Assembly: GCA_035461905.1 (NCBI GenBank)
Contig: DATHUV010000004.1
Coordinates: 6,850-70,849 of the forward strand
Direction: 5' to 3'
DNA length: 64,000 nt
Source of the DNA: Acidimicrobiia bacterium
GTDB taxonomy: Bacteria; Actinomycetota; Acidimicrobiia; Spongiisociales; UBA5794
The notes beneath the pieces were generated by a model. It was not told the origin of the DNA, ran no database searches, and was given only the letters and a program-made list of their open reading frames with translations. Below, in pieces: positions 55,377 to 64,000 of this stretch. Position 1 is the first letter of the stretch; the number at the start of each line of letters is the position of its first letter. A program made the position numbers and the translations under genes.

Positions 55377-57074
55377 TCAGGCCGGGCGCATGCGGGCGTA
55401 GACAGGCTCCCACCGCTCGGCATCGACCGCAGCCTCGACGTCGTCCACGGGATCCGCCACCCCATCGATGATCGCACGCTTTGCCACCTCGATGGCAACC
55501 GCCCGCGCCACCGGACGGAGCTGATCGATGTTCGGGAAGATCTGACCCTGCTCCACGAGCTCACGCGGTGTCGCCTCGGCCAGTGCGATTGCCGCGGCGA
55601 GGAACATCTCCTCCGTCACCTCACGTGCACCCACGGCGATGATGCCGAGTCCCATGCCGGGGAAAATGTACGCGTTGTTCGCCTGCCCGATGCGATGGAT
55701 GCTGCCGTCGATCTCGACCGGCGCGAACGGGCTGCCGGTCGCGACCAGGGCGCGACCGCCGGTCCACGACAGAGCGGCCGACGGTACGACCTCCGTGTGG
55801 CTCGTCGGGTTCGACAGCGGAAGGATGATGGGTCGATCCACGTGGACCGCCATCTCCGAGATCGCCTCCTTCGAGAAGAGGCCCGCCTGGCCCGTGACCC
55901 CGATCAGGATGGTGGGGTGGACGTTGCGGATGACGTCCGTCAGCGAAGGGGGATCGTCGACGTTGTCCCATGAAGCCACGATCTCGCGGGGCGTTGCCAT
56001 CTCGGCCTTGAGGCCACGAAGGCTCGGACCGGCGACGAGCAGGCCCCGGCTGTCGAGTACGAACACATGTGATTCTGCAGAGTCGGGATCCGCACCGTCT
56101 GCCACCATGGCACGGATGATCAGGCGGGCGATGCCGTATCCGGCGGAACCTGCACCTGCAATGACGATCCGTTGATCCCTGTGACCCTGTCCCAGGAACC
56201 GCAGCGCCGTGATCAAGCCCGCAACGACCATCGCGGCAGTTCCCTGGATGTCGTCGTTGAACGAGGTGATGCGTTTCTGATGGGTCTGGAGATGCCGGAA
56301 GCTCGTGCTGTTCGCGAAGTCCTCCCACTGGAGGAGCGCCCCCGGATACACCGTGCGCACGGCGTCGACGAACTCGTCGACGAGGGCGTTGTACTCCTCG
56401 CCGCGTAGGCGCGGCTGGCGATACCCCACGTACAACGGATCGTGGAGCAGTTCCGCGTTGTTCGTGCCGACGTCCAGGGACACGGGGATGCACCTCTCGG
56501 GATGGATGCCTGCCGCTGCCGTGTAGAGCGCGAGTTTTCCGATCGGGATCCCCATGCCTCCCGCTCCCTGGTCACCAATGCCGAGGATGCGCTCGTTGTC
56601 GGTAACCACGATGACGGGTGGCGACATGGCCGGTCTCAACCTCAGGATCTGGGCGACCTTCCCGCGATCGTCCGGGGTGATGTAGATGCCGCGTTGGCGC
56701 CGATAGATCCTGGACCAATGGGAACAGGCATAGGCGACTGTCGGTGTGTAGACGATGGGAACCGTCTCGGGGAGGTGCTCGCTCACGAACCGGTAGAACA
56801 GTGTCTCGTTACGGTCCATCAGCCCGTTGAGGAACACGTTCTTGCCCATGTCCGTCGTCTTGAGGTCGAACTGCCCCTTGACCCGTGCGACCTCCTCCTC
56901 CATGTTCGCCACGCGTCGCGGCAACAGTCCCCGGAGGCCGAGTGCGTCGCGCTCTTCGTCGGTGAACGCGAGGCCTTTGTTGAGGAACGGATCCCGAAGC
57001 ACATCCTCGCCACGAATGCGAACGGCAATGTACGGCGCACCCGTGGTTGCGTCTGTTCGCATTTCGAACGTCAT
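55377..57074 (-). CDS. NAD-dependent malic enzyme
   Basis: Malic enzyme signatures (LRDPFLNKGLAFT, FNDDIQGTAAV, GAGSAG NAD-binding). Start at MTFEM with a GGAGG RBS; the listed GTG at 57101 is an alternative. Confidence 0.9.
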   Translation of the reverse strand: MTFEMRTDATTGAPYIAVRIRGEDVLRDPFLNKGLAFTDEERDALGLRGLLPRRVANMEEEVARVKGQFDLKTTDMGKNVFLNGLMDRNETLFYRFVSEHLPETVPIVYTPTVAYACSHWSRIYRRQRGIYITPDDRGKVAQILRLRPAMSPPVIVVTDNERILGIGDQGAGGMGIPIGKLALYTAAAGIHPERCIPVSLDVGTNNAELLHDPLYVGYRQPRLRGEEYNALVDEFVDAVRTVYPGALLQWEDFANSTSFRHLQTHQKRITSFNDDIQGTAAMVVAGLITALRFLGQGHRDQRIVIAGAGSAGYGIARLIIRAMVADGADPDSAESHVFVLDSRGLLVAGPSLRGLKAEMATPREIVASWDNVDDPPSLTDVIRNVHPTILIGVTGQAGLFSKEAISEMAVHVDRPIILPLSNPTSHTEVVPSAALSWTGGRALVATGSPFAPVEIDGSIHRIGQANNAYIFPGMGLGIIAVGAREVTEEMFLAAAIALAEATPRELVEQGQIFPNIDQLRPVARAVAIEVAKRAIIDGVADPVDDVEAAVDAERWEPVYARMRPA

Positions 57075-57248
57075 GGCTACCTCCGTCGCGCCATCGATCA
57101 CTCACCTCCATCCTATGCATCCACTCGTACCGTCATTCATTGGACGCCGCCAACTCCGACACCGACACCCCGACGAGCGATGGCCCTCGCGAGAGGAGCA
57201 CGCGGAGCTCCCTATCGTTGCGCCGTTCCCGGACTGCCAGGAGGCCTC

Positions 57249-59231
57249 ATGACAGAACCGCAACGCATCGGGATCTCACCCGACGACCCGGCCTTCGACG
57301 TCGCGGAATCCGACCCCTCGGTATCCCCTCGAGAGGATTTCTACCGGTTCGTGAACGGCGGATGGATCGATGCGAACCCGGTTCCCCCCGAGTACGGCGC
57401 CTGGGGTGCGTTCCAGGAAGTTCACGAACGCAATCAGGGCATCCTCCGAGAGATCCTCGACGATGTGGCTTCACGCGACGATTTCGAGCCGGGCACGCCA
57501 GAGCACTGGGTTGGCACGTATTACCGCTCCGGCATGGACACCGAGCGGATCGAGGCGCTCGGCACGGAACCGCTCGAGCCGTGGCTGACGCGGATCTCGG
57601 CCATCGCTTCCCTCGAGGACGCCGCCGACGTGCTCGTTTCGATGCATGGGTCGGGCATCGACGCCCTGTTCGATTTCGCGGTGATGCCGGACTTCGACGA
57701 TGCAGGGGCGCACCTGTTCTATCTGGGGCAATCAGGACTGGGCCTCCCGGACCGGGACTACTACGTGCGTGACGATGAGACTTCTCTCCAGCTACTCGGC
57801 GACTACCGGGTGCACGTACGGAACATGTTCGAACTGCTCGGCGAGCCCGACCCGGCGGCGGCGGCGGTCGCAGTGCTCACCATCGAACGTTCCATTGCGG
57901 ATCTCTCGTACACGAACGTCCAGATGCGAGATGTCGAGCTCGTCACCAACAAGTACCTCCTCGACGATCTGGATGCGCTCATGCCGCGGTTCGGCCTTCG
58001 CCGATACATCGAGGCGATGGGGGCCGGCTCCGAGGTCGCCGTCAACATCGACAACGAGGGCTTCTATCCGGGCATCGACCTGCTCCTGGCGGAGACCTCG
58101 ATCGACGAATGGAAGACGTACCTCACCTGGAACGTCGTTCGGTCGTTCGCGTCCGGCCTCCCCGAGCCCTTCGATCGCGAATCGTTCGACTTCTACGGCA
58201 GGAAGCTCGGCGGACAGCAGGAGCAGAAGGCCCGCTGGAAGCGCGTTCTCGCCGCAGGATCGGGCGACATCGGACAGCTCATCGCACAGCTCTATGTGCG
58301 TGACAACTTCCCCCCGCAGGCAAAGGAGCGCATGGAGCATCTCGTGGAGCGCCTCTTCGACGCGATGCGAGCGACGCTCGAGGAGATCACGTGGATGGGA
58401 CCCGAGACCAAGCGTCAGGCTCTCGAGAAGCTCGACGCCTTCGGATCCAAGATCGGATACCCCGATCAATGGCGCGACTACAGCTCACTCGAGCTCATGG
58501 AGGGAGCCTGGTTGGAGAACCGCCTCGCCTGTCGAAGGTTCGAGGTCGCGAGACAGCTCGCCAAGCTGGGAGAGCCGGTCGATCCGCACGAGTGGTCGAT
58601 CGCCCCCCACATCGTCAACGCGTACTACTCGCCACTTCGCAACGAGATCGTGTTCCCTGCGGGCATCCTCCAACAACCGATGTTCAGCCTCGACGCCGAT
58701 CCGGCCGTCAACTACGGCGCAATCGGCGCGGTCATCGGCCACGAGATCACCCATGGATTCGACGATCAGGGATCGAGGTTCGATGCTGCGGGCAACGTCC
58801 GCAACTGGTGGACCGATGAGGATCGAGCGGAGTTCGACGCACGAGCAGCGGTCATGGTTGAGCAGTTCTCCGCGTACGAGATCGAGGATGGCCTGTTCGT
58901 CAACGGTGAGCTGACGCTTGGCGAGAACATTGCGGACCTCGGAGGCCTGAGGATCGCGCTGAGAGCCCTCGATGCGGAGCTCGGCGACAACACCGAGCCG
59001 ATCGCGGGGTTGACGCCACGCCAGCGTTTCTTCATGTCGTGGGCTCGGGTCTGGCGTCGGAACTACACCGACGAGTACCTTCGTCTGCTCGTCAACTCGG
59101 ACCCCCATTCACCGTCCAACCTTCGGTGCAACGGCCCGATCGGTAACCTCATCCCGTTCGCAGATGCGTTCGGCATCCCCCACGACGACCCGATGATGCG
59201 TCCCGCCACCGACCGCGTCGACATCTGGTGA
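57249..59231 (+). CDS. M13-family zinc metallopeptidase (neprilysin/PepO/endothelin-converting-enzyme-like)
   Basis: HExxH zinc motif VIGHEITHGFDDQG, downstream ENIADLGG (ExxxD), and C-terminal CxxW-like end. Start at MTEPQRIG (ATG 57249, RBS GGAGG); the listed ORF 56442..59231 carries a ~270-aa spurious N-terminal extension that overlaps the malic enzyme gene. Confidence 0.85.
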   Translation: MTEPQRIGISPDDPAFDVAESDPSVSPREDFYRFVNGGWIDANPVPPEYGAWGAFQEVHERNQGILREILDDVASRDDFEPGTPEHWVGTYYRSGMDTERIEALGTEPLEPWLTRISAIASLEDAADVLVSMHGSGIDALFDFAVMPDFDDAGAHLFYLGQSGLGLPDRDYYVRDDETSLQLLGDYRVHVRNMFELLGEPDPAAAAVAVLTIERSIADLSYTNVQMRDVELVTNKYLLDDLDALMPRFGLRRYIEAMGAGSEVAVNIDNEGFYPGIDLLLAETSIDEWKTYLTWNVVRSFASGLPEPFDRESFDFYGRKLGGQQEQKARWKRVLAAGSGDIGQLIAQLYVRDNFPPQAKERMEHLVERLFDAMRATLEEITWMGPETKRQALEKLDAFGSKIGYPDQWRDYSSLELMEGAWLENRLACRRFEVARQLAKLGEPVDPHEWSIAPHIVNAYYSPLRNEIVFPAGILQQPMFSLDADPAVNYGAIGAVIGHEITHGFDDQGSRFDAAGNVRNWWTDEDRAEFDARAAVMVEQFSAYEIEDGLFVNGELTLGENIADLGGLRIALRALDAELGDNTEPIAGLTPRQRFFMSWARVWRRNYTDEYLRLLVNSDPHSPSNLRCNGPIGNLIPFADAFGIPHDDPMMRPATDRVDIW

Positions 59232-59246
59232 GGTGACCCGCCTGCG

Positions 59247-60446
59247 TCAGGTCGGGCGCTCCATGAGGAATTGGATTCCGTCGAGGCGACCCGTCCTGAA
59301 CCCTGCCTCGCAGTACTCGAGGTAGTAGCGCCACATCCTCCGGAACCGGTCATCGAAGACCGGATCGTGCTCCGCGATCGAGTCCCATGCCACCTCGAAG
59401 CGTTCCGCCCACCGGCGGAGCGTCTCTGCGTAGTCGGACCCGTGTGAAGACGAGTCCACCCACTCCATCCCTGCATCCACGGTCAGGCGCTTCAACACAT
59501 CGACGGTCGGGAGCGCCCCGCCCGGAAAGATGTAGCGCTTGATGAAGTCCTCCCTGACGAGAAGATTGTCGTAGTAGCGCGGATCGATGGTGATCGCCTG
59601 CATCGCTGCCCTGCCTCCGGGGGGAATGGCACGTGAGATGGCATGGAACAGGGGAGTCCAGTGCGTCTCGTCGACGGATTCGATCATCTCGATCGACACG
59701 ACCTTGTCGTACATCGCCCTCTCATGCCGGAAGTCCTGCAGTTTGACGTCGGTCCTGTCGGCGAGCCCCGCGTCGGCGAGGCGCTTGCGAGCGAACGTCG
59801 CCATCTCCTCCGAGAGCGTCAAGCCGGTGACATGGACGTCGTGGTGCTGGGATGCGTACTCCATGAAGCCGCCCCAGCCGCACCCGATCTCGAGGACCCG
59901 GTCCCCCCCGCGGAGATCGAGCATCTCGCACAGTTTCCGGTACTTCGCCTCCTGGGCCTCCTCGAGGGTCACGTCGGATGATCCGAACAGGGCGGACGAA
60001 TAGCTCATCGTCGCATCCAGCCATGCCGCGTAGAAGTCGTTCCCCAGGTTGTAGTGGTCGCCAATCTCGCCGATCGTGTGGGATCGCGCAAATGACGGTC
60101 GGTGGTCCCAGAACGAACGGGCAGCGGCCGTGAGACGCGAGCCGAACCCTGTGGACTGTGTGACGTCGACGTTCGTCGACGCGAGTTCGAGGAACCCTGC
60201 GAGGTCGGGCGTGTCCCATGCACCGTCGAGATAGGCCGCACCGAGGCCGAGCGCTCCCCCGTCGACAAGGGCGCTCAGCAGATGGGTCTCGTCCCTGATC
60301 TCGACCCTGGCGGAGTCCCCAACGGACGTGGAAGCAAAGACCTGCTCGGTGTCATCGGACCAGCGGACCTCGAGGGTCCCGACCGAGATGCGACCCAGGA
60401 TCTGTCTGAGGGCGAGCCTCGATGCGGAGGAAGTGAGTCCGGCCAT
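59247..60446 (-). CDS. class I SAM-dependent methyltransferase, cyclopropane-fatty-acyl-phospholipid synthase (CFA synthase) family
   Basis: SAM motif VLEIGCGWGGF and CFA-synthase-like N- and C-terminal regions; 399 aa. Confidence 0.85.
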   Translation of the reverse strand: MAGLTSSASRLALRQILGRISVGTLEVRWSDDTEQVFASTSVGDSARVEIRDETHLLSALVDGGALGLGAAYLDGAWDTPDLAGFLELASTNVDVTQSTGFGSRLTAAARSFWDHRPSFARSHTIGEIGDHYNLGNDFYAAWLDATMSYSSALFGSSDVTLEEAQEAKYRKLCEMLDLRGGDRVLEIGCGWGGFMEYASQHHDVHVTGLTLSEEMATFARKRLADAGLADRTDVKLQDFRHERAMYDKVVSIEMIESVDETHWTPLFHAISRAIPPGGRAAMQAITIDPRYYDNLLVREDFIKRYIFPGGALPTVDVLKRLTVDAGMEWVDSSSHGSDYAETLRRWAERFEVAWDSIAEHDPVFDDRFRRMWRYYLEYCEAGFRTGRLDGIQFLMERPT

Positions 60447-60544
60447 GGCGAATCCTGAAGTGCTCCATGCTCCTCGTCAGCGCGTGAATGGTACCGATGG
60501 GCTACGTACGGCGTAACGTGGCCGCACCCACATCCGGAGGAACG

Positions 60545-60973
60545 ATGCAGGACCGCACCGTCAAGACGCTGTCGCGCCTCCACGCGATCGCGTATCGGGT
60601 CACCGGTGGGATGATCGGCCGTCGCCTCGCCGACAACGACATGCTCCTCCTCACGACCGAGGGCACCGTGACCGGATCCGACCACACCATCCCCCTGCTG
60701 TATCTGCGCGACGATGATCGCCTGATCGTGGTTGCGTCCTACGGGGGCAGACCCGACCATCCGCAGTGGTACCGCAACCTCGTCGCCAACCCGGAGGCGA
60801 CCGTACGAATAGGGCGAACGACGGCGACGGTCACAGCCTCGACAATGGAGGCCACGGATCGGGCCCGATGGTGGCCCGTGATCGTCGAGGCATTCGCCGA
60901 CTACGCGACCTACCAGTCACGAACCGAGCGGGAGATCCCCCTCGTCTGGCTCGATCCGGACGACCTCGTGTAG
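60545..60973 (+). CDS. deazaflavin (F420)-dependent nitroreductase-family protein (DDN/DUF385-like split-barrel)
   Basis: About 140 aa with conserved hallmarks (LLLTTxGxxTG...P..Y, PQWYRNLxANP). Start at MQDRTV with a GGAGGAA RBS. Confidence 0.65.
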   Translation: MQDRTVKTLSRLHAIAYRVTGGMIGRRLADNDMLLLTTEGTVTGSDHTIPLLYLRDDDRLIVVASYGGRPDHPQWYRNLVANPEATVRIGRTTATVTASTMEATDRARWWPVIVEAFADYATYQSRTEREIPLVWLDPDDLV

Positions 60974-61053
60974 CTGGCGTCGCGGCAGAGGACGGAAAGT
61001 ACCCACAAACGCCGGAGGGGTGGCATGCGCCACCCCTCCTCGCCGGCTTCTCG

Positions 61054-61575
61054 TCAGGAGTCGCTGAGTGCGTTCTCATCCGGCCGTGCGATGAGGCTGA
61101 CGACCCCACCGATGGCGGCCAAGGCGCCTGCCGCGATCAGCAGGTACCAACCCAGCCCGATCGAAACGGTGTATGCCTCAGGGACCGCTCCGGCTGCCGC
61201 GGCCTGTGCGAACGCTGCAGTGAGGGCGTCTGCATCATCCATCGCCCCGAGCGTCGCAAAGACGCCGACCGCGAGCATGACCACACCCAGAACGGCAACC
61301 GACAGGCCGATGAGCCGCTTCATCGGTACGTTCAACGGAGGGATCAATGCCGCTGCAAGCACAGCGACCATTGCAATCGCGAACACGACCGCTGCTGCGG
61401 CGGTGTCGTTGTAGAGCGCGCTCCAGGTGTTCTCGTCGAGGTTCGACGGGAACGCCGGGTTTGCCTGACTGAGCGGTCCGAGAAACTCCTCCCCTGCTGA
61501 GCTGGCCTTCTTCAAGATGAATCCGACCACACCGACGATGACACCCAGGACCGCAAGAATGCGTCCGTAATGCAT
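61054..61575 (-). CDS. hypothetical integral membrane protein
   Basis: Start at MHYGRIL with a GGAAAGGAAG RBS; four TM helices. Confidence 0.5.
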   Translation of the reverse strand: MHYGRILAVLGVIVGVVGFILKKASSAGEEFLGPLSQANPAFPSNLDENTWSALYNDTAAAAVVFAIAMVAVLAAALIPPLNVPMKRLIGLSVAVLGVVMLAVGVFATLGAMDDADALTAAFAQAAAAGAVPEAYTVSIGLGWYLLIAAGALAAIGGVVSLIARPDENALSDS

Positions 61576-61716
61576 ATGGGTCTTCCTTTCCTCGCACAAC
61601 GGATCGTAGGGAATGACAGCCATGCGATTCAACTATCCGACGATCCCGCGATGACACAGGGGGACGGCCAGCCGGACGTCGTGTCGGCCGTGGCATCAAC
61701 ACGGCGGACGGGTGAG

Positions 61717-62646
61717 TCACCCCAGTGCAGCCAGTGCGCTCTCGACCGCGCCTGCGACCTGGGCCACGACCTGGAGGTACACCCGCTCGAAGCCAAGGGC
61801 TTCGAACTCACCGAGCCTCTCCGCATGGGCATCCCACGTCCTGATCGGGATGCGATCTCCAAGGCGGGCGCGCATCTCGTCTGCGGTCAGGCCCCGCGAA
61901 CTCCCCATCTCGCCGAGGAACTCCTCGATCTCATGAGCGTCGGCTCCACCGACCATCGGGTAGCACGTCGTGATGAAGATGGCATCGGGATCACGACCGA
62001 CGGCTTGTGCCTCCCGACGCATCACTCCAAGCCGCTCTTCGATGCCCTCGGCGGTGTGGTGGTAGAGGTTGTACTCGTCAGCGAACCGCCCTACGAGTGC
62101 GGGGGTCTTCTCCGGTCCCCCTCCGCCCACCATGATGCGGAGGCTGTCTCGGGTGTGTGGGTGGAGGTCGATCGCCCGGCGGGACCAGATCCTTCCGTCG
62201 TATCCGGCGGAGGGATCATCGACATAAGATCGGAGGTATCCGAGGGCGTCCTCGAGCCACTCGAACCTCTCCGCAAGCGATGGATACTCGAAGCCGAACA
62301 CCTCGTGCTCCCCGTCGTGCCATCCCGTTCCGAGCCCGAAGACGAATCGCCCGCCCGAGATCTCATCGACGGTGGTGAGCGTCTTGGCGTAGACCGCAGG
62401 ATGACGGAACGTGATCGGGCTCACGAGCATCACGAGCTCGACGTCCGTCGTATCACGAGCCAGGGCAGCGGTCTGGACGAGCGAGTCGTACGCCGGTGCC
62501 GTGAACTCTGCATCCGAGTTGCCGTACAGGTAGTGGTCAGCCAGGGCGACCGCGGCGATGCCCGCCTTCTCACAGAGTGCGGCCACCTTCGCAACGTGGC
62601 TGTAGGCCCCGGTGACCTGGACACCCAACTCCACACCCGACTTCAT
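61717..62646 (-). CDS. LLM-class (luciferase-like monooxygenase) F420/flavin-dependent oxidoreductase
   Basis: TIM-barrel LLM pattern with F420-dependent-like glycine region; 309 aa. Confidence 0.75.
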   Translation of the reverse strand: MKSGVELGVQVTGAYSHVAKVAALCEKAGIAAVALADHYLYGNSDAEFTAPAYDSLVQTAALARDTTDVELVMLVSPITFRHPAVYAKTLTTVDEISGGRFVFGLGTGWHDGEHEVFGFEYPSLAERFEWLEDALGYLRSYVDDPSAGYDGRIWSRRAIDLHPHTRDSLRIMVGGGGPEKTPALVGRFADEYNLYHHTAEGIEERLGVMRREAQAVGRDPDAIFITTCYPMVGGADAHEIEEFLGEMGSSRGLTADEMRARLGDRIPIRTWDAHAERLGEFEALGFERVYLQVVAQVAGAVESALAALG

Positions 62647-62655
62647 CGGGCGAGC

Positions 62656-63132
62656 CTACGGGTTCATGGTGCCGTCGATGACGGCTGCCGCCTGGTCGAA
62701 TCTCTCCACCCATCGGTGACCGTGTGCAGGCGTCCCCGGCTTGTCGAGATGGTGCACCATGTGATGGCCGAGTTCGTGGGCGACCGTCATCAGGGTTGTG
62801 CGTCTACCGAGCCTGATGGCCCCGTGCTCGGGAATCGCACGGTACGCCGCTCCCGGCTCCCTGCCCCGACGTGTCGCGATCTCCATCGCGAGCCACCGTG
62901 GCGCCTCTGTGGCGCCGGTGAACGGCGACCGCCTGGCATGGAAGCGCAGCAGGGGCGTCGGCGTTCCGACCGTGCTGCAAACCAGCTCGACGAGTTGGCG
63001 TGCACCCCGGTCGTCGACGATGAGGTGGTCGAGGCGCCGCAAGAGGTCGTAGTCGACCGACACCGAACGGACTCGGTGGTCGTGTCTCCTCAGCGGAGCG
63101 GCATCGAGGCGGGCAACGACGATCTGGCTCAT
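62656..63132 (-). CDS. SprT-like/DUF45-like putative zinc metallohydrolase (HExxH)
   Basis: HExxH motif VAHELGHHMVHH. Start at MSQIVVARL; upstream of it the listed ORF is a shadow extension. Confidence 0.55.
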   Translation of the reverse strand: MSQIVVARLDAAPLRRHDHRVRSVSVDYDLLRRLDHLIVDDRGARQLVELVCSTVGTPTPLLRFHARRSPFTGATEAPRWLAMEIATRRGREPGAAYRAIPEHGAIRLGRRTTLMTVAHELGHHMVHHLDKPGTPAHGHRWVERFDQAAAVIDGTMNP

Positions 63133-63240
63133 GGCGGACACGGTACGCCGGGACCGTGACAAGATCGCGCGACCCGGGGCACCTGATGTGGGCGGGTGCG
63201 TTCGGTTGCTTGCCGACATTTCACGTCAGGCCCTACGACG

Positions 63241-63269
63241 GTGTGTCCGGTACGGTGCACCGGACACAC
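63241..63269. promoter_or_regulatory. inverted repeat GTGTGTCCGGT-acggtgc-ACCGGACACAC in the divergent promoter region between the SprT-like gene and rarD
   Basis: 11-bp perfect arms, directly visible. It shares the GTGTC/GACAC core with the palindromes at 32644 and 32771. Confidence 0.3.
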
Positions 63270-63312
63270 GAAACACGGATCATCGCGACCGTGGCGAAGC
63301 GGGAGACACCAC

Positions 63313-64000
63313 ATGACTGAGATGCGCCGTGGCGTCTGGTACGGGGTCATCGCATATGTCGTGTGGGGCCTCTCACCCCTGTTCTGGAACCTGGTCCCGG
63401 GAGTGGGTACACCCGACCTGCTCATCCATCGAATCTTCTGGGCATTGCCGATACTCGCCGTGGCAATCACGGTCCAGAGGGAGTGGCCGATCGTGACCGG
63501 GGCCTACCGGAGTCGACGGACACTCATCGTGACCGCCATCGCTGCGGTCCTGCTCCTGACGAACTGGGGTGTCTTCCTGTGGGCAGTCACGAACGGTCAG
63601 GTGGTCGAAGCATCACTCGGCTACTTCATCAACCCCCTGGTCTCCGTCGCCCTCGGTGTCGTGTTCCTCGGCGAACGGTTGAGGCCGCTCCAATGGTGGG
63701 CGGTAGGGATCGCCGCGGCTGGAGTGCTTGGCCTCGCGATCAGGGTCGGCTCCGTTCCGTGGGTATCGCTCGTCCTCGCCTGCTCCTTCGGCGTCTACGG
63801 ACTGCTGAAGAAGCGCCAGGACACGCCACCTCCCCTCGTGTCCCTCTTCGGCGAGATCGCCGTCGTCGTGGTCCCCGTGGTCGCCGTCCTCGCCTTCATA
63901 CGGGATCCCGAGGCTGTGGCGTTCGGTGACTCACTCGGAGTGTCGGCCTTCCTGATCGCGGCGGGTGCGATCACGGTGGTCCCCTTGGTGCTGTTCGGGG
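63313..64000 (+). CDS. RarD/EamA-family (DMT superfamily) transporter, partial (runs off the window end)
   Basis: ATG at 63313; polytopic DMT-like sequence (VWGLSPLFW, EamA-type repeats). Absent from the ORF track because there is no stop in the window. Listed ORF 63363..63929 is a different frame. Confidence 0.7.
   Translation, partial: MTEMRRGVWYGVIAYVVWGLSPLFWNLVPGVGTPDLLIHRIFWALPILAVAITVQREWPIVTGAYRSRRTLIVTAIAAVLLLTNWGVFLWAVTNGQVVEASLGYFINPLVSVALGVVFLGERLRPLQWWAVGIAAAGVLGLAIRVGSVPWVSLVLACSFGVYGLLKKRQDTPPPLVSLFGEIAVVVVPVVAVLAFIRDPEAVAFGDSLGVSAFLIAAGAITVVPLVLFG

Noticed and set aside
56442-57248. N-terminal ~270 aa of listed ORF 56442..59231
   Set aside because: It overlaps the well-supported malic enzyme gene on the other strand and is compositionally abnormal; the M13 peptidase begins at ATG 57249 with a GGAGG RBS.
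1-64000. CRISPR arrays, tRNA/rRNA genes, IS elements/transposases/integrases
   Set aside because: None were recognised. Intergenic regions are short (mostly under 200 nt), show no regularly spaced direct repeats and no tRNA-like cloverleaf candidates, and no protein resembles a transposase, integrase or reverse transcriptase.

Overview
This is a gene-dense, high-GC window (roughly 65-70% GC by eye), consistent with an actinobacterial-type chromosome. I support about 58 protein-coding genes. I found no rRNA, tRNA, CRISPR array, transposase or integrase. The six-frame track contains many long GC-driven shadow ORFs with Arg/Pro/Gly-rich products, which I ignored in favour of the frame with recognisable motifs. 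Main blocks: (1) 1-2.5 kb holds a partial ClC-type channel, an XRE-cupin regulator and an SDR. (2) 2.7-15.7 kb is a tightly overlapping 13-kb plus-strand operon. In order it encodes a HIBADH-like oxidoreductase, a bicupin, an M24 creatinase-like hydrolase, TPP-dependent E1 alpha and beta subunits with no E2, amidohydrolase 1, an ABC permease, a lipoprotein binding protein with four tandem 9-aa repeats, a two-domain ABC ATPase, and a single ORF fusing a second permease to amidohydrolase 2. I read this as an uncharacterised uptake-plus-hydrolysis system and rank it the most interesting feature. (3) 15.8-19.5 kb holds a cysteine-synthase-family enzyme and a P-type cation ATPase. (4) 19.5-25.1 kb is an accessory-looking pocket. 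It contains small hypothetical ORFs, a stand-alone NERD-nuclease/UvrD-helicase fusion protein (candidate single-protein anti-phage factor), a NUDIX gene, and two small membrane proteins flanking a terminator hairpin. A B12-binding radical SAM enzyme is translationally coupled to one of the membrane proteins. (5) 25-40 kb: MTOX/sarcosine-oxidase-like FAD enzyme, ureohydrolase, a beta-lactamase-family serine hydrolase, EEP nuclease/phosphatase, GNAT, corA, typA, a secreted FG-GAP repeat protein, an M20 peptidase, glutamate dehydrogenase, recQ and a NudC-like NUDIX. (6) 40-48.4 kb holds a LipJ-like adenylate cyclase, a DUF2237 protein and a TMEM175-like K+ channel. It also holds a complete NAD(P)-linked bidirectional [NiFe]-hydrogenase cluster, hoxEFUYH plus the hoxW protease, with overlapping start/stop codons. 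(7) 48.5-64 kb: ABC-F ATPase, acyl-CoA dehydrogenase, a second secreted protein (beta-helix plus the same C-terminal repeat module as the FG-GAP protein), an alpha/beta hydrolase, malic enzyme, an M13 peptidase, a CFA-synthase-like methyltransferase, F420-type enzymes (DDN-like nitroreductase and an LLM oxidoreductase), a SprT-like HExxH protein and a partial RarD/EamA transporter. All functional calls come from reading motifs in the translations. No database search was run.
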